Below, in pieces: positions 38,668 through 52,589 of a DNA stretch of 64,000 nt. Each line of letters opens with the position of its first letter. Positions within the stretch are counted from its first letter, which is position 1. The notes beneath the pieces are model-generated. The model was not told the origin of the DNA, did no database searches, and worked only from the letters and a program-made list of their open reading frames with translations. Made by a program: the position numbers and the translations under genes. Origin of the DNA: Octopus vulgaris (taxonomy: Eukaryota); the NCBI GenBank assembly GCA_951406725.2, contig OX597834.1, positions 23,498,001 through 23,562,000 on the forward strand. Reading direction: 5' to 3'.

Positions 38668-39035
38668 TTACTTGTTTCAGTCATTTTGACTGCGGCCATG
38701 CTGGAGCACCGCCTTTAATTGAGCAACTCGACCCCAGGACTTATTCTTTGTAAGCCCAGTACTTATTCTATCGGTCTCTTTTGCCGAACCGCTAAGTGAC
38801 GGGGGACATAAACACACCAGCATCAGTTGTCAAGCAATGCTAGGGGGACAAACATAGACACACAAACATACACGCACATACATATATACGACGGGCTTCT
38901 TTCAGTTTCCGTCTACCAAATCCACTCACAAGGCTTTGGTCAGCCTGAGGCTATAGTAGAAGACACTTGTCCAAGGTGCCACGCAGTGGGACTGAACCCG
39001 GAACCATGTGGTTGGTAAGCAAGCTACTTACCACA
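38668..39035 (-). mobile_element. tRNA-derived SINE
   Basis: Reverse complement of the 21051-21450 family. Confidence 0.9.
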
Positions 39036-39264
39036 GAGCTTAGAGTCATCTGCAAATATTTTAATGCTGTTATGGTCAATGTACTGTTGCATGATAGTAA
39101 GATCAACAACAAAAAGTACTCTATCTGGTTGGAGATAAATATTATTTCCACATAGGGCAAATAATGTATTGCTCACAGCGACATTGCAGAGAATAGTTTC
39201 AGCTGTTTAAGTCGAGCCCAGTAACCAAGTACCATCATGCCATTTATTTTTATCCGAGCTAGCA

Positions 39265-39775
39265 GGGTGCAAAGAGACCCATACAAGTGTGATCGTTGAC
39301 AGAGCGGCTAACCGGCTTCCGTGCCAGTGGCACATAAAAGGCACTATTCGAGTGTGATCGTTACCAGCGTTGCCTTACTGGCACTTGTGCCCCATGCTAG
39401 TAGGGTGCTAAGAGCACCATACAAGTGTGATCATTGCCAGAGTGGCTAACTGGCTTCCGTGCTGGTGGCACGTAAAAGGCACCATTTAAGCGTGATCGTT
39501 CCCAGCGACGCCTTACTGGCACCTGTGTCGGTGGCATGTGTAAAAAGATTCAAGCGAGGTCGTTGCCAGTACTGCCTGATTGGCCCCATGCCGGTGGCAC
39601 GTAAAATCACCCACCCAACTCTTGCAGTGGTTGGCATTAGGAAGGGCATCCAGCTGTAGAAACTCTGCCAGATCAAGACTGGAGCCTGGTGCAGCCATCT
39701 GGTTCGCCAACCCTCAGTCAAATCGTCCAACCCATGCTAGCATGGAAAGCGGACGTTAAACGATGATGATGATGA
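39265..39775 (+). mobile_element. RTE-related 3'UTR / SINE with (GAT)n tail
   Basis: gtggcacgtaaaa repeats; ggcattaggaagggcatccagc...catggaaagcggacgttaaac(gat)n. Confidence 0.8.
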
Positions 39776-40027
39776 TCTCTCTGGTGCATCGATCCCCATT
39801 ATGCCTTGTTTTTTGTAGGGAGACCACAGTGGGCAGTGAATAGATATACATGTAGTTGCTGCTTTTTAATAATACATATATATATAAAAGATCAAATGTA
39901 TGTTGACTGTAATCTACTTCTATGAAAGAGCATGAGGTGTGATTAGATTCAATACAATACTTGAGTTAACTGTAGACATTCAAACGCTGGCACACGTTCT
40001 ATATACATATACACATGCACATTGTAC

Positions 40028-40062
<35 letters not shown>

Positions 40063-43000
40063 ATATACACATACATTTGTACATGCATATACATACGCAC
40101 TTTGTACAGACATAGATATACGGATATACATGTACACACACGCACAAAATCCTCATCATCCCCCTAGGTGGCATAGACGTATTGTTAACTGAGAATATCA
40201 TGTTTAGACCTGTTAATGACAATTTGACAGCAACATTTATCTTTGTCTATGAAGAACCACAGTCAGGACAAGTTGGTGGTCAGAAGGACTACTTTAATGC
40301 GACCCTATCGCACACCTATATACCACATCGATGATGGTTAGCAGTGACTTTATTATAACAGCTGGGTATTTTAATGAATACCAAGAGGTTTTTTTGTTTT
40401 TTGTTTTTTGCTTTTTTCTGTGGTAGGAGAAATGAGAAGTGAATGACCTGTGTGCAATATAAATCTTAAGAAACCAGTCTTGCACTTCATCATTTACGAA
40501 TCGGGTAGGGAAATAGCAGGGTCCAAGTGATGTTTTAATGAATATGGAATTTCAGGGTCTGCTGTATAGTTTTGTGGGCCTTTGGGTTGCTGATAGTGAA
40601 ATGCAAAATCGAGGACTGCCCTGGACTGGACACAATCTAGCTATGCCTCTGCAGGTGGACATACAAGTCAGACTGACGATAATATTATCAGGGAATAGGA
40701 TATCGTTGTAACGATTAACTATGTGTAACTTCAAAGTTAAAAGCTGGATAGATTTAGAGACCAAAAATCATGGAAGCTAAAAGACGATTCGGTCAGTTGT
40801 AGGTTGGTTGCATAAACATCAGCTAAACTAAAATTCAACGTGGAAGGCACACGTTAGTCCTTCAGAGACACACAAAAACTGTTAACTCATTCAAACATTT
40901 ATACGATGTGAAAAAGGCAGCGAGTTGACAGAATCGTTAGCTTGCCAAACAAAATGCTGAGCAGAGCAGCATTTCTTCTTGTTTCACATTTTGAGTTCAA
41001 ATACAGTCGAGGTTGAAATTTTCCCCGTTCCGTGATGGTCGGCCTCTCATCTGGGCTACCACATGCTGTGACGCTTTCTCCAGCGCCAACTTGGTGTGTT
41101 CAGTCGTTAATTCAGGCTCCACTGCTCGTCAGGCTAAGGAAAGCAAACTATCAAAGTATCGGTCGCCTCTGACAAGTTTATGGTCGAGCTTTTGGTAGTG
41201 AAGACCTTTGGCGATCACAGCCCCCGGACCACAATTCTCTGCTCACTCCACCTTGGGGCAGAGATGGCTTGTTGGCAAGTGCGATCCCTTTAATTAGATT
41301 GGCTGTATCAGCGCATTTCTCCTGCCATCCTCCGAGGAACGCTTTTTCCATTTTGTACACTAGGACCATGAAGCGGACTTTTTAGATATTGTTTCTTATT
41401 CTATTTCCAATTTGCATTTCAGTTTTTCAAACGTTTTCAATAGATGAACGAAATTTATATTTAAGATACAAAATATTTTTTTAAATGTAAAATAAAAAAT
41501 GTTCTAATCATTAAATATTGGACTGTATGAAGTATTGAATGAAAGTTAGCTGTTTCTAGGGAGAAATTTCTCTTCCATCTTAACAATAACAACACTAATA
41601 CGGGACTGGGGCAACTAACGAAGTAACATCAACAATTAAGATGAACCATAATAAATTTGGCGCAAATTTTACAAGATTTTATTTTCTTCATTTAAAAGTA
41701 CCAAAAGATTGAAGACAGATCCATCTTAATTGAGGGTAAGGAAATTGTGGGCAATAAAAATAAAAACTGGTTGAGAAAGTCGAGGAAAAAACATTATGAC
41801 CCCGGTGAAAGATTAATGCAATAACATTGTTGCACTTTCTTTTTTTTTTTTTTAAGTGAAAGTGATGTTGTAAACTCGAGGATCGCCTTTGCAAAATTCA
41901 TTTATACAACAAATTAAATTAGCATATGTATATTCCTACTACCTACAACGTCGTTCTCCACGCGTGTCCATGGGGATAAAATGCGATCAAAACATTGCTT
42001 GTTCCTCACTGTCTCCGCATTTTACCTTACATCCATGGCCACCCCCTTCAATAATATAACTATTTTCTCATCATGGGAATCAATGAAATTCTGTAAATGA
42101 CTTCACATCCCTATAAATATCATTTTCGTCAGATATGGCTTCAATCGACCGAATTTGCTATTGATATGCCGCTAACATACATTTCCTAGAACTCTGTTAT
42201 AATTATTTTGAGTATTTTCTCGTTTTGTGATCATAAAATGAAAATGAAAGTATTATCACTATTCGTCAGTGTCCAGTAGGTACGCCAGCCCCCTAAACGT
42301 AATGTACTATGCTTTAAAAACATTCAGTCGAAGAAATCATGTGATTTGGCGCATTAAATAATTTCCGACTCTATAGAGATACTCTTTATTTGGATTGTCC
42401 CTCTCCCCAATACAATGAAATTTCAATGAACGAAATATGTAGTCAGTTGTAACCTTAATAGTAATATATGTGAGTGTTTATTGAGCGAAAACACCTAAAA
42501 GCTCCACGAGGCTCCGGCAGGGGATGGTGGTGATCCCTGCTGTACTCTTTCACCACAACTTTCACTCTTTCTTCCTGTTTCTGTTGTACCTGTATTTCAA
42601 GGGGCCTGCCTTGTCACTCTCTGTGTCACGCTGAATATCCCCGAGAACTACGTTAAGGGTGCACGTGTCTGTGGAGTGCTCAGCCACTTACACGTTAATT
42701 TCACGAGCAGGCTGTTCCGTTGAACCCTCATCGTCGTAACCGACGGAGTGCTTCCATAAGTAATATATGATGGTCACTCCTGTCGATTTCGGCGTATGAG
42801 TCTTTGTAGGAAAGGATTAAAAATAAAAGAAACTGCATTTATTTGCGATGGATACGTGAATGTAATTTGAGTATGGATTTTACTATGAAGTCACAATGAG
42901 GAGGACAATGGTGATTTTCATTCTGCCTGGGATTGGACATGTGTATCTTGATTGCAGGGCATTATTCTTTCATCGTTCTGTTTCTTCAACTCAAATTGTA

Positions 43001-43564
43001 TAGAGGCGTCATGACACATTTTATGATCAATCTAGGTAATAGCTTTCTCAAGATGTTAAATAAAACTGTAGGGATTTTAGTGGTAGTTTCAACTTGGGTC
43101 TTCCTTTACCGCGGAATCTCTCTACTTGTTGGCCATACAAAAGAATTCGGAATGCCATCGTCTTGCATTCGTACATGTCCTCTCCATTTGCACTGATTTC
43201 TCAACAGCAATTCTTTTGATTCTAGAGATATCACATTTTTCTAAAATGTTGACATTCGATATCTTGCAGATATTGAGATATTTCGCAGACATATATAAAT
43301 ATATTACTGTTTGTGTGTACATTATACACATTGTGTGTGTATTTTGTGTACGTGTTATAATATGTGTATGCATGTTTATGTATTCTGTGTATATCTGTTT
43401 GTGTGCAACCTAAAACGCTTAAGTTGAATTATGTCAACGTCTGCCGTTTTGTTGTCAGTAAAACCTGAGCTTACTGATTTAGTTTTGTGTCAAGAAATTA
43501 ACGACTTGAAAGGTAAGTTCTTGGGACACAACAGAATGGTAAGGAAGTCTTGGGGGTGTTCTTG

Positions 43565-44070
43565 AACCCCAGGTCTGGCCTGATACAGCAGATCGATGGG
43601 ATCTTTTCGGTTTGAACGGCAGTTTTTCTAGCGGTGTCATATGAAATTGTCACCCACAATTATGACCCTAGTATCGATCTATTGCATTTCAATCTGTTTT
43701 AGGGTTAGGGTTTAAAAGATCCGATCGATGATCAAAGGAAGTCCGGCTGTAACCATCCCGTCATTTATTCAGGCATAATGTATCTAGGACTACATTGTTT
43801 CGTGTATCCTTCCTTGTTGTATAGCCCCAGGTCAGTCCTGATCCAGCTGACATATGATCAAAGACGTTCCATCGGTGACCATGTCTTTTATTCAAACATA
43901 GTATTTCTATGTTGCTTAGCACTAGGCCGCTTCTGATCCAGTTGACCTATTATCAGAGTTGTTCCATCGGTGACCATCGCGTCTTTTATTCAGATCTAGT
44001 GTATCTAGGACTACATTATCTAATGTCTCTTTCAATGTTGTGGTTGTTGTTTAACCCCAGGTTAGTCCTG
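43565..44070 (+). repeat. Tandem array of a ~90-130-bp dispersed repeat (ccccaggtcagtcctgatccag...atcaaaga.gttcca...gaccat)
   Basis: 4-5 degenerate units; a second array at ~49480-50110. Confidence 0.75.
43599..43722. mobile_element. 124-bp TIR element with 8-bp TSD and (TTAGGG)2 (possibly Merlin-type MITE)
   Basis: TIRs GGATCTTTT/AAAAGATCC; TSD GATCGATG at 43591-43598 and 43723-43730. Confidence 0.8.
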
Positions 44071-45849
44071 TTAATGGAATACGTTCGTTGTTGTTGTTGT
44101 CGTCGTTGTTGTGTGGCACTACTGTACATTACGGGTCCCACTGTTTTATTTTCCTTATCAAATACGGTAATCTTTCAGTTTAGGGCGTTTAAAAAAGTAA
44201 ATAAAAATGAAAGCGGGGGGGGGGGGGGCGATAACAACAAGGGGAGATAAATAAGTCAACTGTTAACGTAGCCCTTGGCTATAACCACCAAAAAGTGAAC
44301 GAAAGTCGTTTTTATTTATTTATTTTTCATGAGAATTCGTGTAAATCAGACATAAATAAATTGTCCGACGAATTAAATATCAGTTAGGTACTGGGGATCA
44401 GTGTGATCGACTATCTCCTTCCCTATGAATTCCAGACCTTGAGCCTAGAGTAGAAAGGTTTATTATTATTTAGGCAGCAGATTGTCAGAGTTGCATTAAA
44501 TTCCTTGTGGCATTTTTCATGTTCTGACTTCAAATCTTGCTGAGGTCAACTTTGTTTATTATTTTATCAGAACCGGTAGAATAAAATCCCCTTCTAAATA
44601 AAAGTTGAAGAGATGGTCACAGCTGGAGCATCTTTGATCAGATTTCTACTGGATCATTACTGCTCACTCATTCATTCAGAGGTATGTCGTTCATTTAATC
44701 TCCTGCCGTGACATTCAGCTGATCACCAGTGTCACATGTACTTTAGTACGATGCACTTACTGTGTGTGAGTCTACTCCCAGCCATGCCCACCACCACAAA
44801 CATTGATCACAACCGATGAATGGCCTCCAGAGTTAACATTAAAATTTCGTGACTTATGTTGGTTTCTTTTTTTTTTCATTTTTATTCTATATTTTATAGT
44901 TGCAAGGTGGGTAGCAGTGTGTATGTGGGGGAGGGGAATTGATTGTGATGATAAGGTGTTGGTGGGGGAGTTGACAGTTGTGGGTAGGGGAAGGGGATAA
45001 TATTTGTTGGGGTAGTGGTTGTGTTGTTGGTTGTGGTTATTGTCGATGGTGATGTTTTACCTCAACAATCATCATCACCAGGCATTATGTCTCCTCTCAG
45101 CAGGTTCAATACCAAGGATTACCTTCTCAGTCTTTCTTGTACTCTCCACATTTACTTTGCTTTCTTATATCTTCAATTCTGTTCAATTCCTGATATTATT
45201 CAACCCCACAATTTTTGGTCTCCCCCATTCCTCTTTCTTTATTCATATTACCAACTTGTTGACCCTCTTGGACCCATTTGCTTTTTAACTGTCGTGTGTG
45301 TGTGTGTCCTTGTCTTGACATCATGTGATTGCTGTAAACGAGTATCACTGTCGTACAAGCAGTGTCGTTCATTTCAAATATTCTGTGAAAATGTCTGACC
45401 CTAGGGAAATGCTATCTTACTTGGAAGCAGGTAAGGGCTGGTGACAAGAAGAGCACCCAGCTATAGAAAATCTCCCTCAATAAATCCTGTCCAACCTATG
45501 CAAAGCATACAAAAGTATCCAAAATATTTCACTGTCTCTCTTTGATTCCTTCCAATAAAATTTCCTTAGTTTTTACCATTCTTAACTCTTCTCCGTTGGT
45601 TTCATGTTCTTTTCCAGGATATTCGCAAATGTCTTCTATAAACCACATAGGACTGAACCTGAAGCCATGTGGTTGGGAAGCAAACTTCTTGCCACACAGC
45701 CACGCCTGCTCTTAATTATTTTCTTATTGATCTTTGGGAGTTAAAAGGCAGAGAAGGCATGGGTGGGATTTGAGCTCAGAACAAGGCGATACAATGAAAT
45801 GCCTCGTAGTTTTATGTTTATCACTCTACTTCCATCTGTTTCTCTGCAG

Positions 45850-45969
45850 ATTGTAAAAGACACCAATTCAGATGGATCAGACGAAGATGGTAAAATTCAA
45901 AACCAAATTCAAAATTATGAGAAGAAAATCGATGATTTGATGTTTGAAGTGGGAAGTTTGAAGAATCAG
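45850..45969 (+). CDS. ODF2: ODF2-like coding exon (IVKD...NYEKKIDDLMFEVGSLKNQ)
   Basis: ctgcag| and CAG|gtgagt; 120 nt; matches recalled ODF2 RYDKKIDSLMNAVGCLKSE. Confidence 0.93.
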
Positions 45970-47423
45970 GTGAGTTGATTGGTTTTTGTGGAACCAGGAT
46001 GGCTTGGTGTTTGAAGGGGGCTGTCTGGAAAAACAAGGGAGCTTATCTAGAACCAGGGTTATCTGGTATTTAAATGGGGCCATCAGGAGAATTGAAGGGG
46101 TTTGTCTAGAACTAGGGTGGTTTGGTGTTTGAAGGAGGAAGTTTTTCCATGTAACCCTGGGTGTGATGACTACATACAAGACATTGTTTTACTACCAAAT
46201 GCCATTTCTATCATGAACTCTTGCCTATGTTTTTCAAGTAATGACAAATTTTATTCCACTTGTCTGTGAAAATGAAGAACTAGAAGATTATTTGTTGATG
46301 AATACCAATAGTTTTTAATGCATTCCATTGAGGGGATGGAAAAGAAACATTCCTATAGATGTTGAACCGTCGCACCCGTGCTAGCATGGAAAACGGACGT
46401 TAAACAATGATGATGATGATATATATATATATATTCAACAATATAATGAATGGCCCTAATAGGCCATTCGACTCACTAGAAAGAGCAGCCAAACTCAAAC
46501 CGCTAAATAGTTGTAATTCTGAAATTGAAAGAGAAATAAAAACATTTACCCTTTTCATCTCTGGACTATGCATAGTTTCATGGCCTATTAGGGCCATTCC
46601 TTATATTGTTGAATGTATATTATATAGTCTTTGACTATCTTCTCTTTCTCACTAGACCGCTGGTAGCAGAGAATTTTTTTCTAGAATTTTTTGCTACCCT
46701 TATATTTATATATATACATACACACACACACACACATATGTGTGTGTGTATGTATGTGTATATATATGTATAATGTGTGTGTGTATTTATAGATGTACAC
46801 ATATATTTGTAAGGGAGTGATATAGGAATTATTGTCTTTTTTCCCACCCGCAGGTATTTTCCTAATTCAATACGTAATGCCCCATTTATCAAGTATGTTA
46901 ATGGAAGCCTACTTAAATTATTTCTCTCCCCACCTAACTTCTATTTATCTACCTGATGGCTGTCTCTTTCTCTCTCTCTCTCTCTCACCACATCATTGTT
47001 TGTGGTTGCCCATTGTTAAATAGATTAACACGAACTCAACTATTTGTCTACTCCCCAGACTGACCTAATATTAAATATGAGTTACAACTAATTTGCCTCC
47101 ACTTGTCAGTGTATTTAGGTAGATGTCTCATTACATAAGTATTTCTAGTTATCATCATCATCATCACTGTTTAAATCCTTTTTTTTTTTATGTTTGCATT
47201 GGTCAGGTGAAATTCATTGAGGATGTGTTTCCTGTCACCAATCCTCACTTGTTTTCAATTAAAGGGACTTTTTTCCTCCCCAGTCCTTCAAACACGAAAA
47301 GCACAAGGGATAGACATGTTTTCTTCGCAGATTGCAAACAGATGCTGCTGCTTGTACGATGGTGATGTTTTCCAACAATTAGTGTGAGATGACAAGACAA
47401 GGAGAGACACTCACATGCATGCA

Positions 47424-47457
<34 letters not shown>

Positions 47458-48119
47458 AATGCACACAAAAATACACAAACAATATGCACACAAGCAGACA
47501 CACACACAAATATATACACATACACACGAACACAAACATGTACAAACACACACACAAAACACACACATACACATTTGGGGGTGCAGGCATGGCTGTATGG
47601 TTAAAAAGCTTGCTTCAAAACTGCCTGGTTTTAGGTTCAATTCCAGTGTGTATCACCTTGGCCAAATATCTTCCCTTGTAGTCCCAGACAAAGCAGAGCT
47701 TAGTGAGTGGATTTAGTGGACATGAACTGAAAATAGCCAGGGGACACATGTGTTTGTGTGTCCCCTTGTCATGACCCCACGTGCTGGTTGTAAACAAGCA
47801 TCCCTATTATACAAGCAGTGTTGTTCATTTCCAATCTTCCACAGAAGACCTGTCTTGCTATGGGGAAACACTACCTTGCTTGGAAACAGATGAGGGTTGG
47901 TGACAGGAAGGGCACCCCAGTTGACCCTTACAAGCATGGAAAAGTAGACAATAAAAGATGATGATGGTGATGATGATGACTAGCTTCTTTCGGTTTTTGT
48001 CTACCTAATCCACTTGTAAGGCTTGTAATAGTAGAAGGCACTTCTCAAAGGTACCATGCCCCCAAGAAATGAAAGTCAAACCATTTGGTTGGGAAGTAGA
48101 CTTCTTATTCATACACCTA

Positions 48120-48380
<261 letters not shown>

Positions 48381-48989
48381 GTTTTTTGTTTTTTTTTGTG
48401 CCCCACCCATCCCACCTCGAAAAGAAAAAAATTCTACATTGTATTTCGTCCATTTTTATTCTGTGTTTAGCCCTGTGTGGCTACAATAAAAAGTTATCTA
48501 CATATCTATTTCTCTCTCTCTCTCTCTCGCTCCCTCTCCCTACAGTTTATTATTTCTTGTTAGCTAATTTAATATCTCAGCCAGTGAATTGAGATAATTC
48601 ACTGTTAGAGTGGTGAACAAAACGTCTTGTGTTTTATCTGTTCTGGTTCTTTACAATTGGATTTCAAATCCCACCAGAGTCAAATTTGTCTTTTGCCCTC
48701 CTGGCATCATTTCTCCAAATAACTACCTGAAAATTCTCTTGATCTGAGAGCAGCATGTGATTGACAAATAAAGAAACACAGCTCTTATTGTAACCCTAGA
48801 AGTGTTATCCATCATTTGTCAGGCTTCCACACAGTTTCCATCTACTCCCACTTGACTCTTCAATCTCTTCAAGCAGAGATTGAAGTGGAGATCACATGAC
48901 TGCCATATGCAAATTTCTTCCCCTTAACACTAACCCGAATTTCATTAAGAGAGATTCTTCTGCTTTTGCTGTTTTGTCTGTGTGTCTAG

Positions 48990-49177
48990 GTGGATCTACA
49001 GAAAGCCTTGCATGATATTGAGAAAAATGGTAGCATGTTGGAGACTCGCAGGAAGATGATGGAGGAACACGCTGATCAGCTGAAAACCATTTGTGGTGAG
49101 CTGGACGCTTCCTCAAATGAGAATCGAGTTCTTCGACAGAATTTGAACCAACTGAAAGAGGTTGCCGAAGAGAAGAA
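48990..49177 (+). CDS. ODF2: ODF2-like coding exon (VDLQK...NENRVLRQNLNQLKEVAEEK), ends phase 2
   Basis: tctag| and AA|gtaagt; coiled coil; resembles ODF2 HENTVLRHNIERMKE. Confidence 0.92.
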
Positions 49178-49204
49178 GTAAGTGGTGGTGTTGTTGTGGT
49201 AGTA

Positions 49205-49435
49205 GGCGGCGAGCTGGCAGAAACATTAGCACGCCGGGCGAAATGCTTAGCGGTATTTCGTCTGCTGTTACGTTGTGAGTTCAAATTCCGCCGAGGTCGA
49301 CTTTGCCTTTCATCCTTTCGGGGTCGATAAATTAAGTACCAGTTACGCACTGGAGTTGATGTAATCAACTTAATACCTATGTCTGTCCTTGTTTGTCCCC
49401 TCTGTGTTTAGCCCCTTGTGGGTAATAAAGAAATA
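49205..49435 (+). mobile_element. Full-length tRNA-derived SINE just downstream of the exon
   Basis: Same family as 9551-9959. Confidence 0.9.
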
Positions 49436-50866
49436 GGTAGTGGTAGTATGTATGTTTTTGAGGTGTGTAGTGATGGTGGTGTTTAACCCCAGGTCAGCCT
49501 TAACCTGACAGACCAATGATCAAAGATGCCTCAACTGCAAAATCGTCTCTTTTAATTGGACATAATGTTACTGGCAGTGACTTTAGGTGTTGTTCTTTAA
49601 CCTCTGATCAGTTCTGATCCAGATAGTCCTATGTTCAAAAACGTTCCAGCTGTGGCCATCACGTCTTTTATTCAAACACAGTGTACCTTAGACACGTTCC
49701 GTGCCGGTGGCACGTAAAAAGCACCATCCGACCGTGGCCGTTTGCCAGCCCCGTCTAGCACCTGTGCCGGTGACATGTAAAAAGCACCACTACACTCACG
49801 GAGTGGTTGGCGTTAGGAAGGGCATCCAGCCATAGAAACATTGCCAGACCAGACTGGGCCTGGTGCAGCCTTCTGGCTTCCCAGACCCCAGTTGAACCGT
49901 CCAACCCATGCTAGCATGGAAAGCAGACGCTAAATGATGATGATGATGTTGTTTAACTCCAGGTCAGTCCTGATCCAGCAGACATATGATCCAAGATGTT
50001 CCATCACTGACTATCTTTTCATTATTCAGACACAGTGTATCAAGGACTACCTTATCTCATGTAATCCTCCCTGTTGTTAACTCCAGCTCTTGCATGATCC
50101 AGCTGCATTTCTTTCAGCTTTACATTCTGAGTTCAAATCCCACCAAAGTTGATTTTTGCCTTTCATCCTTTTTGGGGTTGACGAAATAAGGACCAGTGAA
50201 ACACTGGAGTTGATGTCATTGACTGGCCCAGCTATAGAAAATCTCCCTCAATAAATCCTGTCCAACCCATGCAAAGCATACAAAAGTATCCAAAATATTT
50301 CCCTGTCTCTCTTTGATTCCTTCCAATAAAATTTCCTTAGTTTTTACCATTCTTAACTCTTCTCTGTTGGTTTCATGTTCTTTTCCAGGATATTCGCAAA
50401 TGTCTTCTATAAACCCACACTTCAAATACTTGCAGTTTATTTAATAAACACTTTTGTTAATATCCAACTTTAATTTCGTTTTTATGTTATAATGGATCCT
50501 CCATTATTACATTTTAATAATATTTATCTGTTTCAAGGCAGAATCGTTTGCATGCTGGATAAAATACTTCATGGCATTTCATCTGTCGTCATGTCTTCAG
50601 TTCAAATTCTTTTGAGGTTAACTTTTCCTTTCACCCCTCCAGGGTCTATAAAATAAGTTTCAGTTGGACACTGGGGTCGATGTAATTGACTAACCCCACC
50701 CCTGAAATTGCTGGCCTTGTGCCTCGAGTAGAAACAATTATTTTACTATAATAATGAATTTTACTGTAATAATGAATTGTTTCAGAAGCCATCTCCCTGA
50801 TTTTATATTCTTGTTTATTTTTTCTTTTTCTTTCTCTTCATCCCTTCCTCTTCTTCCAATTTTCAG

Positions 50867-50996
50867 AGCTCAGTGTGAAAAGTTATGCTCAGAGAAAGAC
50901 AAATTGACACGGAAACTGATTGAAGTTGAGCTGGATGGCCAGGCTGCAGGAAAATTAGTCTCGGAGATGAATTTAGCCATTGGAAAACTGGTTGAG
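50867..50996 (+). CDS. ODF2: ODF2-like coding exon (AQCEKL...KLIEVELDGQAAGKLV...IGKLVE)
   Basis: tttcag| completes the phase-2 codon; resembles ODF2 KLVEAEMDGAAAAKQV; donor gtcatt is weak, so the end may shift by 6 nt. Confidence 0.9.
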
Positions 50997-52347
50997 GTCA
51001 TTTTTTATTATCATCATTATTTTTATTATTATTATTATCATTGTTAAGGCGGTGGGCTGGCAGAATCGTTAGCATGCTTAGCAGTATTTCGCCCATTGCT
51101 CTGTTCTGAGATCAAATTCCGCCAAGGTTGGCTTTGCCTTTCATCCTTTCTGGGTTGATAAAATAAGTACCCGTTGAAGAGTTGGGGTTGATGTAATCGA
51201 TTCATCCTTTTCCCTGAAAATTGCTGCCCTTGTGGAAAAATTTGAAACCATTATTATTATTATTATCATCATCATCATCATCATCAAGGCAGCAAGCTGG
51301 CAGAATCGTTAGCATTTCCAATGTCATCTTTGCCTTTCATACTTTCGGGTCAATAAAGGAAGCACCACTTAAGTAATCAACTTATCCCCTCCCCCAAAAT
51401 TGCTGACCTTGTACAAAAATTTGAAACCATTATTATTATTATTATTATTATTATTAAGATGGTCAGCTGGCAGAATCATTAGCATGCCTCTGCTTCTACT
51501 CAAATCCCCCCACCCCCTATTTGGGAGTTTTTAGACAAATCAAACAGCATGTAAGCTCATTAGAATAATATGCCAGTCCACATTTATGACTGGTTGGCCA
51601 AGTTCACTCTGACACAGCAAACCAAAACCAATCCTTCTCTCCCCTGCCACACCGACACACACGCACAAGCACGAACACACACAGACAAATAACAGTAGCA
51701 AAAGCAGCAGGCTGAAACTCTGCCAGTTCATTTTTTATGGCTATAAAAAGTAGTCAATACAAGGACATGAACACCAATAATGACTGTAAACAACAAAGAC
51801 AACAGCTAAATCACCATGGCTTCACAGGGCAGCCGCAACAGCAGCAGCAGCAACAACCTTAGAAAAAAAGAAGAATGACAACAAAGAAATAACAAAAATA
51901 GAACACCTGACCATAACAACAACCAAAGGAACAATGGAGTTTACAACAGTGCTACCACCACCACCACCACCACTGACTAATAATACAAGCAAATAGTCAT
52001 AATACTAATAATAATATGCCATGAGTATGGCTTGAAATGGCTTCCAGTTGTGGCATCTTGGTGTAGAAAGAATGAGGTTGTCTTTAGCCACAAATACCTT
52101 TAGGTCACCGTTGGGCAAGATGTGGTACCTGTAAGCCCACCTTGAAACCTTGAAATACCAGATTGGCATCTGGTTGGGTTAATTCTGTCTCATGGGGATA
52201 GTGTCTCAATAAAAACACTGGTGGGAATAAGATTGGAGTTGATGAAGGTAGGTTTGGACTCGCCGAACCTTGGTTGGCAACCCGTCTAGTGATGGTGTCA
52301 TGATAAAAAATATTAATGATTGCACAATCTTACTAATGCTACCTTAA

Positions 52348-52559
52348 CCCTTTCATTACCAACCCGGCTGAAACCTTGTAGTTCAAACCTCTTGTTTTCC
52401 TAAGTTTTGAATTAAAATCTTCCACCAAACCTTAGTCACAATTTATATTCCTAATACTAGCTTAATGATAACAAAGTTATTTTACTAAATTCTTTGTTAT
52501 ATTTAAAATTAATTGAAAGAAACAGAGAGTATCTCAAAATAAATACAGTAACGAAAGGG
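52348..52559. mobile_element. piggyBac-type MITE
   Basis: TTAA|CCCTTTCATTAC...GTAACGAAAGGG|TTAA. Confidence 0.88.
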
Positions 52560-52589
52560 TTAAATGAGTGATGTCAAATTCCAATAGTA

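Noticed and set aside
41010-41380. GC-richer intronic patch with short ORFs
   Set aside because: No splice sites in phase with ODF2 and no recognisable motif; probably an old TE fragment
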